A stretch of DNA of 63,161 bases, counting the filler, from Cercozoa sp. M6MM (Eukaryota > Protista > Endomyxa: Ascetosporea): assembly GCA_040357565.1 (NCBI GenBank). It is 9 parts of 9 records of this genome, joined end to end, with 100 filler letters (N's around TTAATTAATTAA, not from the genome) between each part and the next. Parts side by side here need not be neighbours in the genome. Positions count along the whole stretch, not along the records: positions 31,722 to 58,050 come from JBDODJ010000149.1; 8 more parts are not named here. The stretch is one strand, 5' to 3'. The notes below the pieces were generated by a model. The model saw nothing but the letters and a program-made list of their open reading frames with translations. It was not told the DNA's origin and searched no databases. Shown here piece by piece: positions 41,583 through 53,919 of this stretch. Position numbers and translations under genes: made by a program. Positions within the stretch are counted from its first letter, which is position 1. Each line of letters starts with the position of its first letter.

Positions 41583-44399
41583 ATGAACATTACTCGTGCA
41601 CACTTCGCGTCGGTTCTGCCACAGGTGGAATCAGCGATCAAGCGTACTGCCAGACTCTGAATAAATTATTATGAGTCGACCTCGTGTACATCTATCTCGA
41701 TGTGGAACTGTGGAACTGAGCAGGCGCTTCCTTTCTGGCGGTAGACTGCGAGTTTTCGGGTCTCCATGCTGCAGAGAAATGGCACGGCTTGCAGAGCTGC
41801 CAGTTGGACCCGCCTGCGCTGCGGTACCTCCAGTTGCGTGACGGTGTCGAGCAGTTCCAGCTGATGCAGCTCGGCCTCTGCACCTTCGAGGATATCAATG
41901 GTCGCTTGGAAGCCCGGCCTGTAGGATTTTTTTTTAAAATGTCGAACACTGTCACCTGTACGGTTGAAAGTTACGTTTGGGGAATGTTGGGCAGTTTAAC
42001 ATTCCGGTGTACCCGCCGCACAGCAACTCTCGCAACGGACTCGACGCTCGATTCGCTGCGCAGGTGCACCACAGTTTGACCTCCCTGTGTTAGTGTGCAT
42101 GCCGAGGACATAGGCCTCGTCGCTGAAGTTCCTGCGACAGCACGGTTTCGACTTCAATGCCTGGATCGACGAGAGCGTTCCCTTCATGAACCGGCCGCAG
42201 GAACAGGTGCCACTGTGTCTCTGTCTCTGTCTTGTTGTGTCAGTTGCCTTTTTGCAGGAGGCTCGACGACTCTTGGAGCAGCAGATGGAACGCTTGGCCC
42301 GCAACATGGTGTCTGCTCACTTCCCGTTCACTTGTCTCTTTTGTCCTGTGCTCGCATGCCCACCTGCCTCCAGAATGAGGAAGTTGTGCCATCGCGTCCG
42401 TTCGATGTCAAGTACGTCGAGGAGGTTTGCCTGTTCATACACATATTGTGGGTTCATATGCTTGTTTGTGCCTCTGCAGTTGAAGGCCAAGCTGGCAGAA
42501 TTCATCGCCAACACGGCCGACGGCGACAAGGCAACGGCCGAGCTGCAACTCGAAACCTCCAACAGTTTCCAGCGTCTGTAATTTTACCTTCCATCAGCGA
42601 ACCTTCACCTGTGTGTTTGCACTTGTCTGTCTGTCTGGTCAGACTGGCCTACCAAGAAGTCCGCCGAACGGAAGGTGCTTGCACATACCTCTGTCTCCTG
42701 TTCTCTCTGCGGATGCGCGTGTGTGTGTGACAGTGCTGCAATGCGAGAAACTGACCCAGGAGGGCAAAAGCAGTCGCTACATGACGTTACGCGTGTCGTT
42801 TGCCGAGTCGCCTGTCACGTAGGCTATGCCTGTGCCTATTGTCAAAAGAGACATTGCGCGACAAAGTACACTGCTTGTGTACGTTTCACTCAGAGTGGAG
42901 GAGCGCATCAAACAATCGCTCGAGATCAAGCGCGCCGAACTCGAGGCGAATCTCCAGGCAGACATTGTACCTTCCGCTTGCCCTGACGGAACAAAGCAAC
43001 AGGTGTGCAAATTACTGATACTGCAGGGCGCGCGACTTGTGTTCGATCTCATGGCCGAAAGTGGCAAGCCTGTCGTTGTGCACAATGGTCTGCTGGATCT
43101 GATGCACCTGTACTCGGCCTTTGTCGAGCCTCTGCCTCAGGTACCCGTCAGTATTAGGAGTAGTTGTTTGTGTGGGGTCACAATGTCTTCCTGTGCCTTA
43201 GGATCCCGAGACTTGGCGTGCCAAGATGCACTCGATCCTGCCCAAGGTGGTGGACACCAAGTGCTTCATCTGGCAAAACCGAGCTGTCACGAGTGACCTG
43301 CCATCGACCGCTCTCAGCGACCTCGCTGACTCCTCGTGTACTCGTTTACGCTCCAACATACACTCCTTACTTTTCGACTGGGTTTCTTCTGATCAGTCTG
43401 CCGCGACCAGGAGAATGTGCACTTTGCCGATGGTTTTGATCGCTACGATTTCACCTTCCGCACCGCCGCGTACTGTTCACTGTGGTCGCTTTTTTGTGGT
43501 TCGCATTCATGTAGTTCTGCACATGCACAGAGAGCAACACATCGGCACGGACAACAATGCCGCCGCGCACGAGGCCGGTTTTGACGCTTTCGTCACTGGC
43601 GCTGTGGTACTTGAGTCGAAGACAAAATGAGGGGAGTGGGATCTCAGTAACTGTGCTTGTAGTACGCCGGAATCTCGGCCTCGCTGGGTGTTTTTATTTT
43701 GGCGGTAAGAGTCTTTGGTGTTTGGGATGCTTTTTTACTCTGAACAGACAAGAACGACGAGCTGCCGTCATCGCAGGAGGCCACGCAGAAGGTGCTGAAC
43801 CGCGTCAACATCGTGTTCAACCGCTATGAGTTCCCGCTGGACTGTCCTGTTTCGGCACACAACCATGACAACACCCTGTTCTTGAGTTGCACGATGGACA
43901 ACCAGTCGTACCGATACATTTCTATGTGCCTAGGGTTAACATTGTTGTGCTGTTGTGTGCTTTGCAGCTTGACCAAGAAGCTGCTGCTGGAGATTGCGCA
44001 AACCTCGCTCCAGCGTGAGTCGACGGAAGGCATCTATGTGCAGACGCGGAGTCGAGAGGTGCTTTCGTATTTCCGTCTGCGGTTCGACTGATTGTTGATG
44101 TGACTTGGCTCCAACAGAACGCTATCCTGGTCGTCGAGGATGCCGACGCTGCCGTGATGGCCACTGTTGCCGCTGCCTTCGAGTCCAAGACCATTGCAGG
44201 TATACCGACCACCGTTTCCAGCTGTGTGATAGTACGGTACAAGGAATGACTCTTGATTGTCACAGCCAAGACTTTCAAGCAGTGGCTGCATGAGACGTGT
44301 CCTCCCAAGCGCGAGCGCGACACCGACGTGGCCGAAACCGCTTCGACGGAGCCGCCGACCAAGAAGATTCACGAGCCTGCTGTTCCTGGTGCCCAATGA
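41583..44399 (+). CDS. PARN: PARN/CAF1-family poly(A)-specific ribonuclease
   Basis: FLAVDCEFSGL, SSLKFLRQHGFDFNAWI, KPVVVHNGLLDLMHL, VVDTK and HEAGFDAFVTG (DEDDh). Confidence 0.9.
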
Positions 44400-44625
44400 G
44401 CGTTATGAGTGCGCGTGAACCAAGCCAGCGTTGCGTTTGCCTAGCCTAGCTGGGCGCCGCTGGGCAAGGTGCGTAGTGGTTTTGTTTAACGTCGACGTCG
44501 GTTGCGTTGCCACATCTGAAACTGCCGTGCGCTAGCGCTGGCTGTTTAATTAATTGAAACCAAACCAATCGGGGAATTGAATCGAATCGAATTTGCATTT
44601 AAAACTCACAGCACCTAACGTCAGT

Positions 44626-46307
44626 TCAACTTGAAGATGTCTTGGTTTTCTTGTCCTTCTTGCGCTGCTTCTTGTCCTTCTTGCCCTTCTTTTGCTTTCG
44701 CTTCTTCTTGGCGGGCTCAGTGTCGACGGACTCGACCTCGGTGCTGTTGCTGTTGACGTCGTCGACATCTTCAGAAATCTCGCGTCTGGCGCGTTTCTTG
44801 GCCTCCTTCTTGGCCTTCTTGGCTTCCTTCTTGGCGCGCTTGGCCTCTTTCTTGGCCTGTCAAGAGAAAGCACAAATGAAAAGAGACTGATGCTGCAGGA
44901 ACTCACAAAATAAAAATAAAAAGGGAACCTTCTTGGCCGCCTTTCGCTCCTTCTTGGAGAGTGTTTTTCCTTCCTCAGCCTTCTTGGCTGCACGGGTACA
45001 AGAGGTGTACACTTGTAAGAGTACAGTTAGATGCCGCCGGGTGTTACCACTGATGGCCTTGTCCCAGCCAGCCTCGCAGTCCATCGCGGCCAGTCGCGCA
45101 ATCTTGCCGCGACTCCGGTTGGCGTACCGCGTCGCGAACTCGTCGAAACCTGCCAAAGAGAGAATCATATTGTAATTCAATATGACACAGAGCACAGACA
45201 AGAAATAAAGAGTACCCTTTGGACGTGTGACAACCTCTTTGGCAGCTTCACGCGCGAGTTTCACCGCCTGTGGCAGTTGGAGCTTAGTCAAAAGACAAAG
45301 GACACAATGCAGATGTTGCAGATACCCTTGAGTCTGCCAGTTGCAGCGCCTCCTTTCGTCGTCGTTCCTCCACCTGCCAGGAGCCAAGCAGAGTACAAAA
45401 CAAACAACACAAAAAGCAAGGCGATGAGTGTGTGTGAGAGAGAGAGAGAGCAATACGAACCTTTCGCTGCAAACGAGTCTCCTCGTCAGACTCGTCGTTT
45501 CTCTCGTCGTTCTTCTGACCGTCGCTGCTGCTGTCCTTGTGCTCGTCCGACTGTTGACTGTTGTGTTCTCTCGCCTTTCTTTCTTTCTCCTCCTTGGCTG
45601 AAAAACAACACACAACGCATAGAGACAGAGACAGAGACAGAGACAGAGACAGAGACAGAGACAGAGAGAGAGAAACAGAGAAAAGGATGTGTGTTTAGGA
45701 AGTGACCCGCAAGAAGAAGTCAAAGCAAGCACTGGTACCCTTGATGTCGGTGAGAATGCCGGCATAACGGAACATGCCAAAGTGCAGCTTCCGTCGCTTC
45801 TGCTTCTGCAACTGCAACAACAACAACAACACACGATTAATAAGAAACAACAACAAAAAACAACAATAAAACAACAAGGACGGGTACCCTCATTTCTGTA
45901 TCTTCGTCGTGCTTGACCTCCTCGTCGCCAATCTTGATCTGCATCACACCAAACCTTTCTCTCTCTGTTTGTTAAGTCAAGAAAACGAAGCTACAGCAAC
46001 GGCCGCCATGGCGTTCTCAAAGACCGAAAACATTTCGCGTTGGAAGGCCACCTGAAAAATGCACGCGTGCACCATCTGTAGCCACTCTGGGAAAACCTTG
46101 ATGTACCTGAGAAATCGGGGCACCGATACCCTTGGCGCTGGTCTGCAAGGAGTCGGATAAACGCTGTACATTTACACTACTACCACAACTGTTTAGCCAT
46201 ACCTTCTGGCGGATCTTAATGGCCTTGGTGCGCCCCTCGTTCGTGCGACCAAGGCCGAGACCAGCGCGCCAGCCGCGCTGCTCCATGTACTGCTTGGCCA
46301 CGTCCAT
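44626..46307 (-). CDS. G-patch protein with a Lys-rich tail (GPATCH4-like)
   Basis: MDVAKQYMEQRGWRAGLGLGRTNEGRTKAIK...KGIG, later GKIARL, and a KKDKK-rich tail. Confidence 0.8.
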
Positions 46308-46544
46308 CTTTCACGAGGCTTCGCTCAGCGATCTAACGCCGCCTACACGCCACGCTACTAATACTACGCGCAATACGCACGCGTGTGACACCGCTGACTC
46401 CTCTCAATGAGCTCGTTCGACACCATTTCTGGACAAGGATTGAGCGCCGGAATAATAATTTTATCATTGTTGCAGGTTGAAAACTCTAGCCCCAGTACTG
46501 TACTAAACTCCAAGCAGCTATCTTAATCAGATTTAAAACTGCAG

Positions 46545-47992
46545 ATGGAAACTAATATATCGACCGAGGAGCGGGAGAGAAGGAAAAGGCGCAACGCAAA
46601 AAAGAAAGCCCGGCGACGAAGGAAAATGGAGAAACGCAACCTCGTGGCCGATGTTGTCGTCGGTGCGGAGGAGTCGGTACAGTCATGCTTCTTCTAGTTC
46701 AGTGTCACGTGTCTGGTTTGAACAGAAACCGCCAAAACTTCCGGCGAAGAAAGACATCCTACCTGCCCAAAGAAAGGATGAACCACAGACAGTGGCCGAA
46801 GTGTTCACGCAGAGTAAACGAATCGGCAAGATTCGCACCAAACGGCAGCGAGGTGTTTGAAACGGTATTTTGGGACTAAGTCCGTATGGAAACCTGTCGT
46901 AGAGAGCAAGATGAAGCGTGAAATCGCCAAAGCTCAAAGTTCTGAGCAATCGAGTGCGCAAGATGGTACCTCCACTTATGTGTCCTCTCGATGTTGCAGT
47001 TTCTTGTAAGCATGAAACGTTGATGTATAGTCTGCAGTCAAGTGGAAGGAGTACCGGTCCCTGTGGGTACGCATCGTCAGCGCCACCAAGCAGAGTTTCG
47101 CACCGGTACACTGAGTTGTATCAACATCCTGATATGCAGTGCACGCCCAGTTAAACAGGTCTGCTGGTGAGGAAGCTGCGCTACTTTCAAGCCAGAGCTA
47201 AGCGACCACAAAAACGCGTTTTTGTTGGGCTCAAGTAAATTGTACTTCCATCGTCTGTGCCAATGTCTTCTCAGTGCTTTAAACTCTTGTTAGAGAAGTA
47301 CGACAAGGCCTCGAGGATTGTGCCAGCGCAACCTCGACGAGCAACGTCCGTCCCACTGTTGTTGTGCTGGGTACTTTTGCAAGCTTGTCTTTAAACACGA
47401 TTGATGTTCGGTTTTTTTGCAGCCTGTAACTTGTTTGCTCTGCCGCCGGTTGTGAGGTTTGTACACTTCCCCTTTGTGTGCCCAGTGCTCCACTCCAGTT
47501 GCTCGTATTGAGTGTAGTGAAATCGAGCACATCGTGTCGCTGTGTGAGGCTACCAGTACGCCAGTGTTTCGACTGTTCACTCGTCGCACGATGCCGCTAG
47601 CGTTTGTGTCGTTGAAGTCCCAGGTACTCACATCGCATTGTATCGTTCTCACTTACCCACTGATACATACCATAGAACAAAGCACCTCAAGGACACATGT
47701 CGGCGCTACTCATTACCGACATCAGGTATACCAACAAAAATGCAATGCTTCTGTCGTCGTTCTGGTATCATAGGTAAACGTTTGTAATCCGAGCAGCGGT
47801 GCCGAGCCCTTGTGGAAGCAAATGCGGCGCGACTACGAGCGACTCCGGAAGGAGTTTTCGTTGTTCGGATCGACGGATTCTACCTCTCAAGAGATTGAGA
47901 CAACTTCCTCGCGAGACGGCGCAGACGAATCGACGAAACACGTGCCACCCCAACGTATTAAGTTTCCTTCCTCCGTCGCAGCACTACGCTAG
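46545..47992 (+). CDS. SECIS-binding protein 2-like (L7Ae domain)
   Basis: A K-rich segment (GKIRTKRQR...SKMKREI), then LRYFQAR...KRVFVGLKEV...VVVL...IVSLCEATSTPVFRLFTRR, which fits the SBP2 L7Ae pattern. Confidence 0.68.
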
Positions 47993-48327
47993 TAGTTAGT
48001 AACTGCAGCACTACGCTAGCTAGTAACGGACGGACGCCCAGGTGGCGGAGTTACAGTACTAGACTCACGTCAAACCGAACATGCGTCACGTGACGGCCGG
48101 GACCGCATTCGATTTTCAGTTGAGAAACTTACTGTAGTTCGGTTGTCGCCTCGCCTATTCACCGTTCTAGATCTGGCGTGATATGTGTATCTTAGTCTAC
48201 GCTAAGGGCCGTACTAGACCCTCTGTCACGTACGGTAAACGTCGTCGAACACGCGCCGCTGCTGCTCGAGTCGACTGACTTACGTTAACTGAAAGTGCGG
48301 TTGCTTCGCTTCGTTCTATTTTTGATT

Positions 48328-48440
48328 GTAAAACTACAGTAAAAACTCAGTAAACCCCGACGTAAAAGCACAGTAATTTCTCAGTAATGCTGCCCGTTTA
48401 CTGTAATTTTACTCCGTAATTACTGAATATTACTGAGTAC
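48328..48440. repeat. Helically phased inverted GTAA/TTAC array
   Basis: GTAA at 48328, 48339, 48350, 48362, 48373 and 48384, then TTAC at 48398, 48409, 48420 and 48430. Confidence 0.7.
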
Positions 48441-48638
48441 TTTGTTCTCGGGGCTGCGCCGCGGCAGCAATTAAAAACACAACGGGAATACATACCAGGT
48501 TCCATAGTAGACTGAACTAACTCACTGAACACGGGCGAGGCATGTTTGCAACTTTCCTCCCCAGGTGATAGTGGCGTAGCAAACTCCCCGAACTTTCAGT
48601 CGCAGCAAAGCTTGTGAGTGTGCATGTGTGTCCGTTCG

Positions 48639-51286
48639 TCAGTTCGAAACCCAGGGTCCAAGCAACAGTAGCACCGGTAACGACACAAGCCACCCGTGCA
48701 CTGACAGCGCCATGGCAGCTCCGTCGTCCATCTTTGTCGACAGGACGCAGCGGCCCTGCTTGCACTGCATCTCGTCGCCGCACGGGACACCGTCGGCAGG
48801 TAAGATAGATGAGCCATCGACTTCCACCAAGATGCCTGTGGAAGTTTGGCAACACAAAAGTGCGTGGTGTGTATGTGTGTGAGTGTGGGTGTGTGTACTG
48901 CACTGTCCGGCGGATCGTTTGCACACCATTTTTTCGCCTACCCAAAGGATCAACTACAAGTAATAGATTCTAGGGGAGAAAGAAATTGTTACAGATATCA
49001 TCTCGGCCCCAGTTGGGGTCCAACCACTCAGAGTTGCACCTGTTAAACCGACCACATAATGTTGCATCACCGTGTCTCTAAATAATCGTGTGCCAAGCTG
49101 AAAGTTACGGAACAAAGAAGGAGCCTTGTGCGTCGAATCCGCGCACTGCCATCGAGTAGCACTCCGCGCCGTAGGAGTGACACAACCCGTCTACACGAAT
49201 GATGGCACAGATTCAACAACAGAATGCTCGTGCAGTGGGTTCCAAGTGGGCTGGGTTACTGTAACATTTCCCGACGTAGCCGTCGTAGTCGCAAGCGGTA
49301 CCGACCTCGAGGGAGACCTACTCTCAGACATATCTTTGCACTCGCATTCACTACGCGTTGGAGTGCAAGCATAGTGCTGACCTTTGCAGGACACTTGACC
49401 GAGACACCGTCGCACACATGGTTGTTTTCGAGGCACGGTGCCGCCTTTTGCGACGGTGAGCGACAGATAGTGTCAGCAGCCACCGCGCTGCACGTGCTCG
49501 TATCGCAGCAGGCATCGTTGCTGCTGCAGGCGGCGCTCTCGTGCAGACGGCACTGTGATGGTAACAAACATCATGTCGAGAAAGTTGAATGTCGGGTGCA
49601 CCCAGGGAGTTTCAAAATTAATTTACAGTATTTGCGTCACAGCATGGGCACGAAGAAAGGCCACCGCAGTCGCACTCCTCTACGCTCCTCATATGCATTG
49701 CTAGTATTTACAAGACTGAAGCTTGCAAGCTTGTGTACCATCACCAGACACAAATCCATCGCCGCAGATGCCGGCGGAAGGTGTAGGACGATTTAACAAG
49801 CACTGGTCCAAGGTTTGTCTCGCTCTCTCAGAGAACACGCGCGTCAACAGCGTGTTTTCCGAGCACGAGGACCACTGCCAAACAAACATCATTAATTAAA
49901 CTGAAGCAAAGGAAAAATTGTCTATACCGAAGAATTGCACGTAGGACATATCGCAGGCGCCATGATGTAATTCTCCGAGTTGCACGAGTTGTCTTCGCCA
50001 TCGTGTCCGATTCCCAGGAGGTGTGCCAACTCGTGCGCGACTAACTTCGCACTGACGTCCACCGAGTCGGAAGTGTGGACTTCGCCCACTGCTACCGCCT
50101 GTTCAATCGGTCGACACTGTCGGATACACAATAACAGGAACGTGTTGGACTGAAGCTACAAGTGGTAAAGAGGAAGCCGGTTTACCAGACCACCAAGCGT
50201 GGCAAGTCCCTTGGTGTTGCCTTCGAATGAGCGACCGCTGAACAGGAAAGTTGCGTCCGTAGTTGCGTCGTGATCGACTCGCCATGCGCCGACAGCAGTC
50301 AGCAGATCCTCTGCGTTATTTGTGCTGCTCGTCATCGTGCTTTGTGTCGTCAGCACTGCGTAGACGTTGATGTTGCTGTTCCAAGGCGCAGTTCGAAAAA
50401 GTACCGCTGCGAACATCATCACCTCGGCATTGTTTAGCGTCATCTCTTGCGAATTTGAGAACTCCGCCAAGCTGTGAACAAGTGAGTTGAACAGAGTTGT
50501 GGGGAAAAGGGGTACTACTGGGTACTAGGGGGGGGGGGGAGGGTTATACCGAGCGGCATCACTTACGACACCAACGTCGAGGTAGTAAGTGATCTGACCC
50601 TCGCTGGTATCCAGCACTCGATACTCGATGTTTCGGTTTGCATGCACTGCCTGAGCAAGCTCGCGAGACGACTTGAAGTCAGAAGCGCCTGTGACGCCGC
50701 AGGCTCTCTTCTCGCCGCTCTTGCGTGGGGGAGGCTGTGCCTTTTCCGTACCGAGAGCAGTGGAGACGAAGCGATGCGAGCGCTCGTTTGGGTGCCACAC
50801 CAGTGTCATACGACGCGAGCCACACACTGAAGAAGCTGCGTGGTACTCGCCGACTTTTCCGGCGAGGAAGCAGTTCGAAAACAGCGGCTGCACGCGCGAA
50901 AACTCTGTGAGGCAAACCTCGCGTGAGGAACAACTCAAAAGCTAGGTGTGAAGGGTCCTACCTTTTAAAGTTTTTTGAAAGACAGTCAGCGAAGCGTCGC
51001 TGGTTTTGTGGATTGCTGCATGAGACTTCAGCTCCCCAAACGCCTGGCAGCAAGGAGGATACGACTGCCGTGATACCTTTTTCCGGCAAACAAGTACCTC
51101 AGAAAGCAGACCGCCCGTCAGAGTTGCATGAGTGATATCATAGTGCCCCTCAACGTCTGCACGCGCTCCAATCCGAACGAGTTCTGCGATCTCGATCTTC
51201 AAATCCGCAGACCCCTTTGCGCCCAAAATAATGGTGCAAAAGTAAAAAAGCACCACAAAAAACTGCCAGTGACCAATAGACATCAT
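48639..51286 (-). CDS. ADAM-type (M12B reprolysin plus disintegrin) metalloprotease
   Basis: Signal peptide, a cysteine-switch-like ACGV, the zinc motif HELAHLLGIGHD, Met-turn YIMAP, disintegrin CGDGFV...EECDCG...CCDTSTC and a hydrophobic C-terminus. Confidence 0.9.
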
Positions 51287-51494
51287 CTCAGCTGGTTGTC
51301 AGTTGTGGCTCTTTTCAACAAATTAAGCCTACAGTTATGCTGCGAACTGCCTGAGGGCACCAAACGTGCGTCGCCACATTGCACTGCGAAGGGCGATTTT
51401 TTGCATTTGATCGATCCGCGAGTTTGCAAAACAATGCAGTCCTGCTTAGAGTTGAGCAGACCTTCATAGATGAGCGAAGCCCACAGACCTCATC

Positions 51495-53743
51495 ATGGAC
51501 GCACTCAAACAGCAGCTCCAGCGAAACTCGTATGCCTAAACGCATTCTTCATTTTAATTCCAGTCCAGCTCTTCCGTGTTTGCGCTTTGCAGATCGCTTT
51601 TGGCCGAGATCGAGCGCACTTCCGGCAGTTTGGATAATTTTCTTGGAGATGAATGCCTTGGTGAAACATTTAGCAACCCAACTCTAGACGTGCCACTTCT
51701 CGCTCGAGCGTGCCCCAAAATCGAGTCAGCGCCACTCTCGCTGGATTTGACACAACTTCGTGAGATTGTGAAAGAGGTAGTACAGAACTCACTGTCATCG
51801 AAAACTACGTCTTCATCTCGGCAAAGGAAAGCATCACACGTCGGCTCTCCATGTCTCAGCTCTCAGGAAATCAAAGAACTTGTTGGAAGTGAATTTCAGC
51901 GGATGTGCGACGATTTCCAAAACGAACTGCTTCGCAGTTCGCGCCAGTCGTTGCGTGAATCGCTCGACATCTTGGAAAGAAGCACGAAAGACGAAATGCG
52001 CGAGTGGTTCCGTGCACATGAACCTTCATTACGCGAGGTAAAAGCAATGCGACAGCTCCTGGATGCGAGTTCAAGCGAGTACTCGGGGCGCTTCGAACAC
52101 TTGGAGCGCTCAAGTGAGGTAGTTAGTCACGACTACAGCACGTTTTATTTACGTTTGCATTTAGACAGTTTTTTGCCTGTTGCCACAGGAGGCATTGAAG
52201 CAGTGCTCGGAATTGGGGGAGTTGAGCAAACGAGCGGCCAAGGACAGAAGGCAGCTCCAAGACCGCTTGAAGCGGCTTAGAGAGCACACTCAACAGCATG
52301 AAGAAACTTTGGCCACAAATACGGCAGTTGAAGAACTGTCCAACAAGTTGCGTGTGAGCGTCAACAGTTTCCGTCAGTTGCACTCCTTTGCGCACGGTCC
52401 GCTGCAAGAGCGACTGACAAAACTTGAGAAGTGCACTACTGTGACCGATCAGCGGTGCGATCGTCTTGATTCTAAAGTTCGAACTTGGATTAATGATGCA
52501 GTTAATTCCCTTGACGAGCGTGTCTTCACCGAGCTTGAGATGGTACGAACTTCTTGCAAGTCGACGAATCGAACGCTCGACGATAATCGCGCCCAACTTG
52601 ACGCCGTGTTCCAGCGTTTGCAGGTGGAAGAAGCTCGAATACAGCAAATGGGTGACACACTGCACAACGAATTGAGTCTCTGCCAGGCAGATATCCGCAG
52701 GTTTCAATCTTCGCACGCTAATGAACAAAGTACAAAAGACAAGCGTATTCGGGTTCTCGAAAAAGAAAAGGACGTGCTTGCCGCGCACGTGGCACAGTCT
52801 CAACAGGACACCAGTGAACTGCGCGCTCAGTTGCTTGCGTTGCAGAAACAGACGCAAGAATTGGAGAGCCGTCTAGAACAGCAACAACTGAGGGAAGTTG
52901 AGTGCCAACACACGCAAACAGTGGCCACAAAGCTAGCCAGCGAACCTTCTGCGCACGCACTACCGATGTCGACAGCACCGAAACGCAAAGCGGAAACCGC
53001 GAAACAACAGGAATCGGGCGAGGACAACACTGATTCAACTGTCGCTGCCAAAGCGCCGGAAGTCACAGTGCCGAAAGCAAGCGAGATACCTGTACCCGTA
53101 GTCTCTAAACTTTCAAAGGAAAGGAGCACGGATGAAACCAACACCAACCTCCGATTCCACGGTCAGTCAAACAAAATTGTGATGTCTCGTTGGTTCTTCG
53201 AATTGTTTTGCTTTTCGCAGAACTTGAAGGCATTCCAAGTCCCAGTTCCGTGTTTTTTTCGCATCCAGTTCTCTCTCGGCCTTGCATCAAAGTAAAGTAT
53301 TTCAATCACTTTCTGTCATTGTGAAGGTACCCTTACCGTATTGTGCATTGATGCAGAGTCCGCGACGTCGGCCAACGAGTTCCCAGCGTCCATGGCGAAA
53401 AGTCAGCCACTGTATGTTGCATGCGAGTTCTTCCATGCAGGAGTTGTCCACCGGCAAGTCGAGTGCTACCAAGAGACACGAGAGCTCAACCGTGCCTGAG
53501 GCAACAGCTGCGACTGACAAACCGTCGTCCGAATCCGTTCAACGCACAACACGAGACGAAGACCGCAGCGTCAAACCCAAGAGCGCATTCGAACGCTACG
53601 AGCACTACGATTCCGGGGACGACTCAGTCGATATCGACGAGCTTCTCGGCTTTAGCAGCCATGAGTCTGAGGATTACAGCATGCTGCGCCTGTCAGCAGA
53701 TAGCGACAGTTTCTCGTCGAATCAAGCGTTGCAATTTCAATAA
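51495..53743 (+). CDS. Coiled-coil hypothetical protein
   Basis: Long heptad-like E/Q/L-rich ORFs (51576.., 52180.., 53282..) can be joined by GT-AG introns. Confidence 0.65.
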
Positions 53744-53919
53744 CAACTTTCTATGCCCAGACTGTGCAGTAACCAAACCATTCATTTGATTCAGTTCTTT
53801 GGTAAAGTCGGTCGTTTCTCGAGGAGTTTCTGAAAACGCCGTTCACAAGCTGCTTGGGACTTACCAAGAGCCCCTCCTCGACGAAAGTGCCTAAACCAGG
53901 CATACTGAGACAGAGCAAA

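Noticed and set aside
42958-43026. Possible GC-AG intron in PARN
   Set aside because: A GT donor at 42967 keeps the frame and gives ADIGARLVF, a better fit to the PARN motif.
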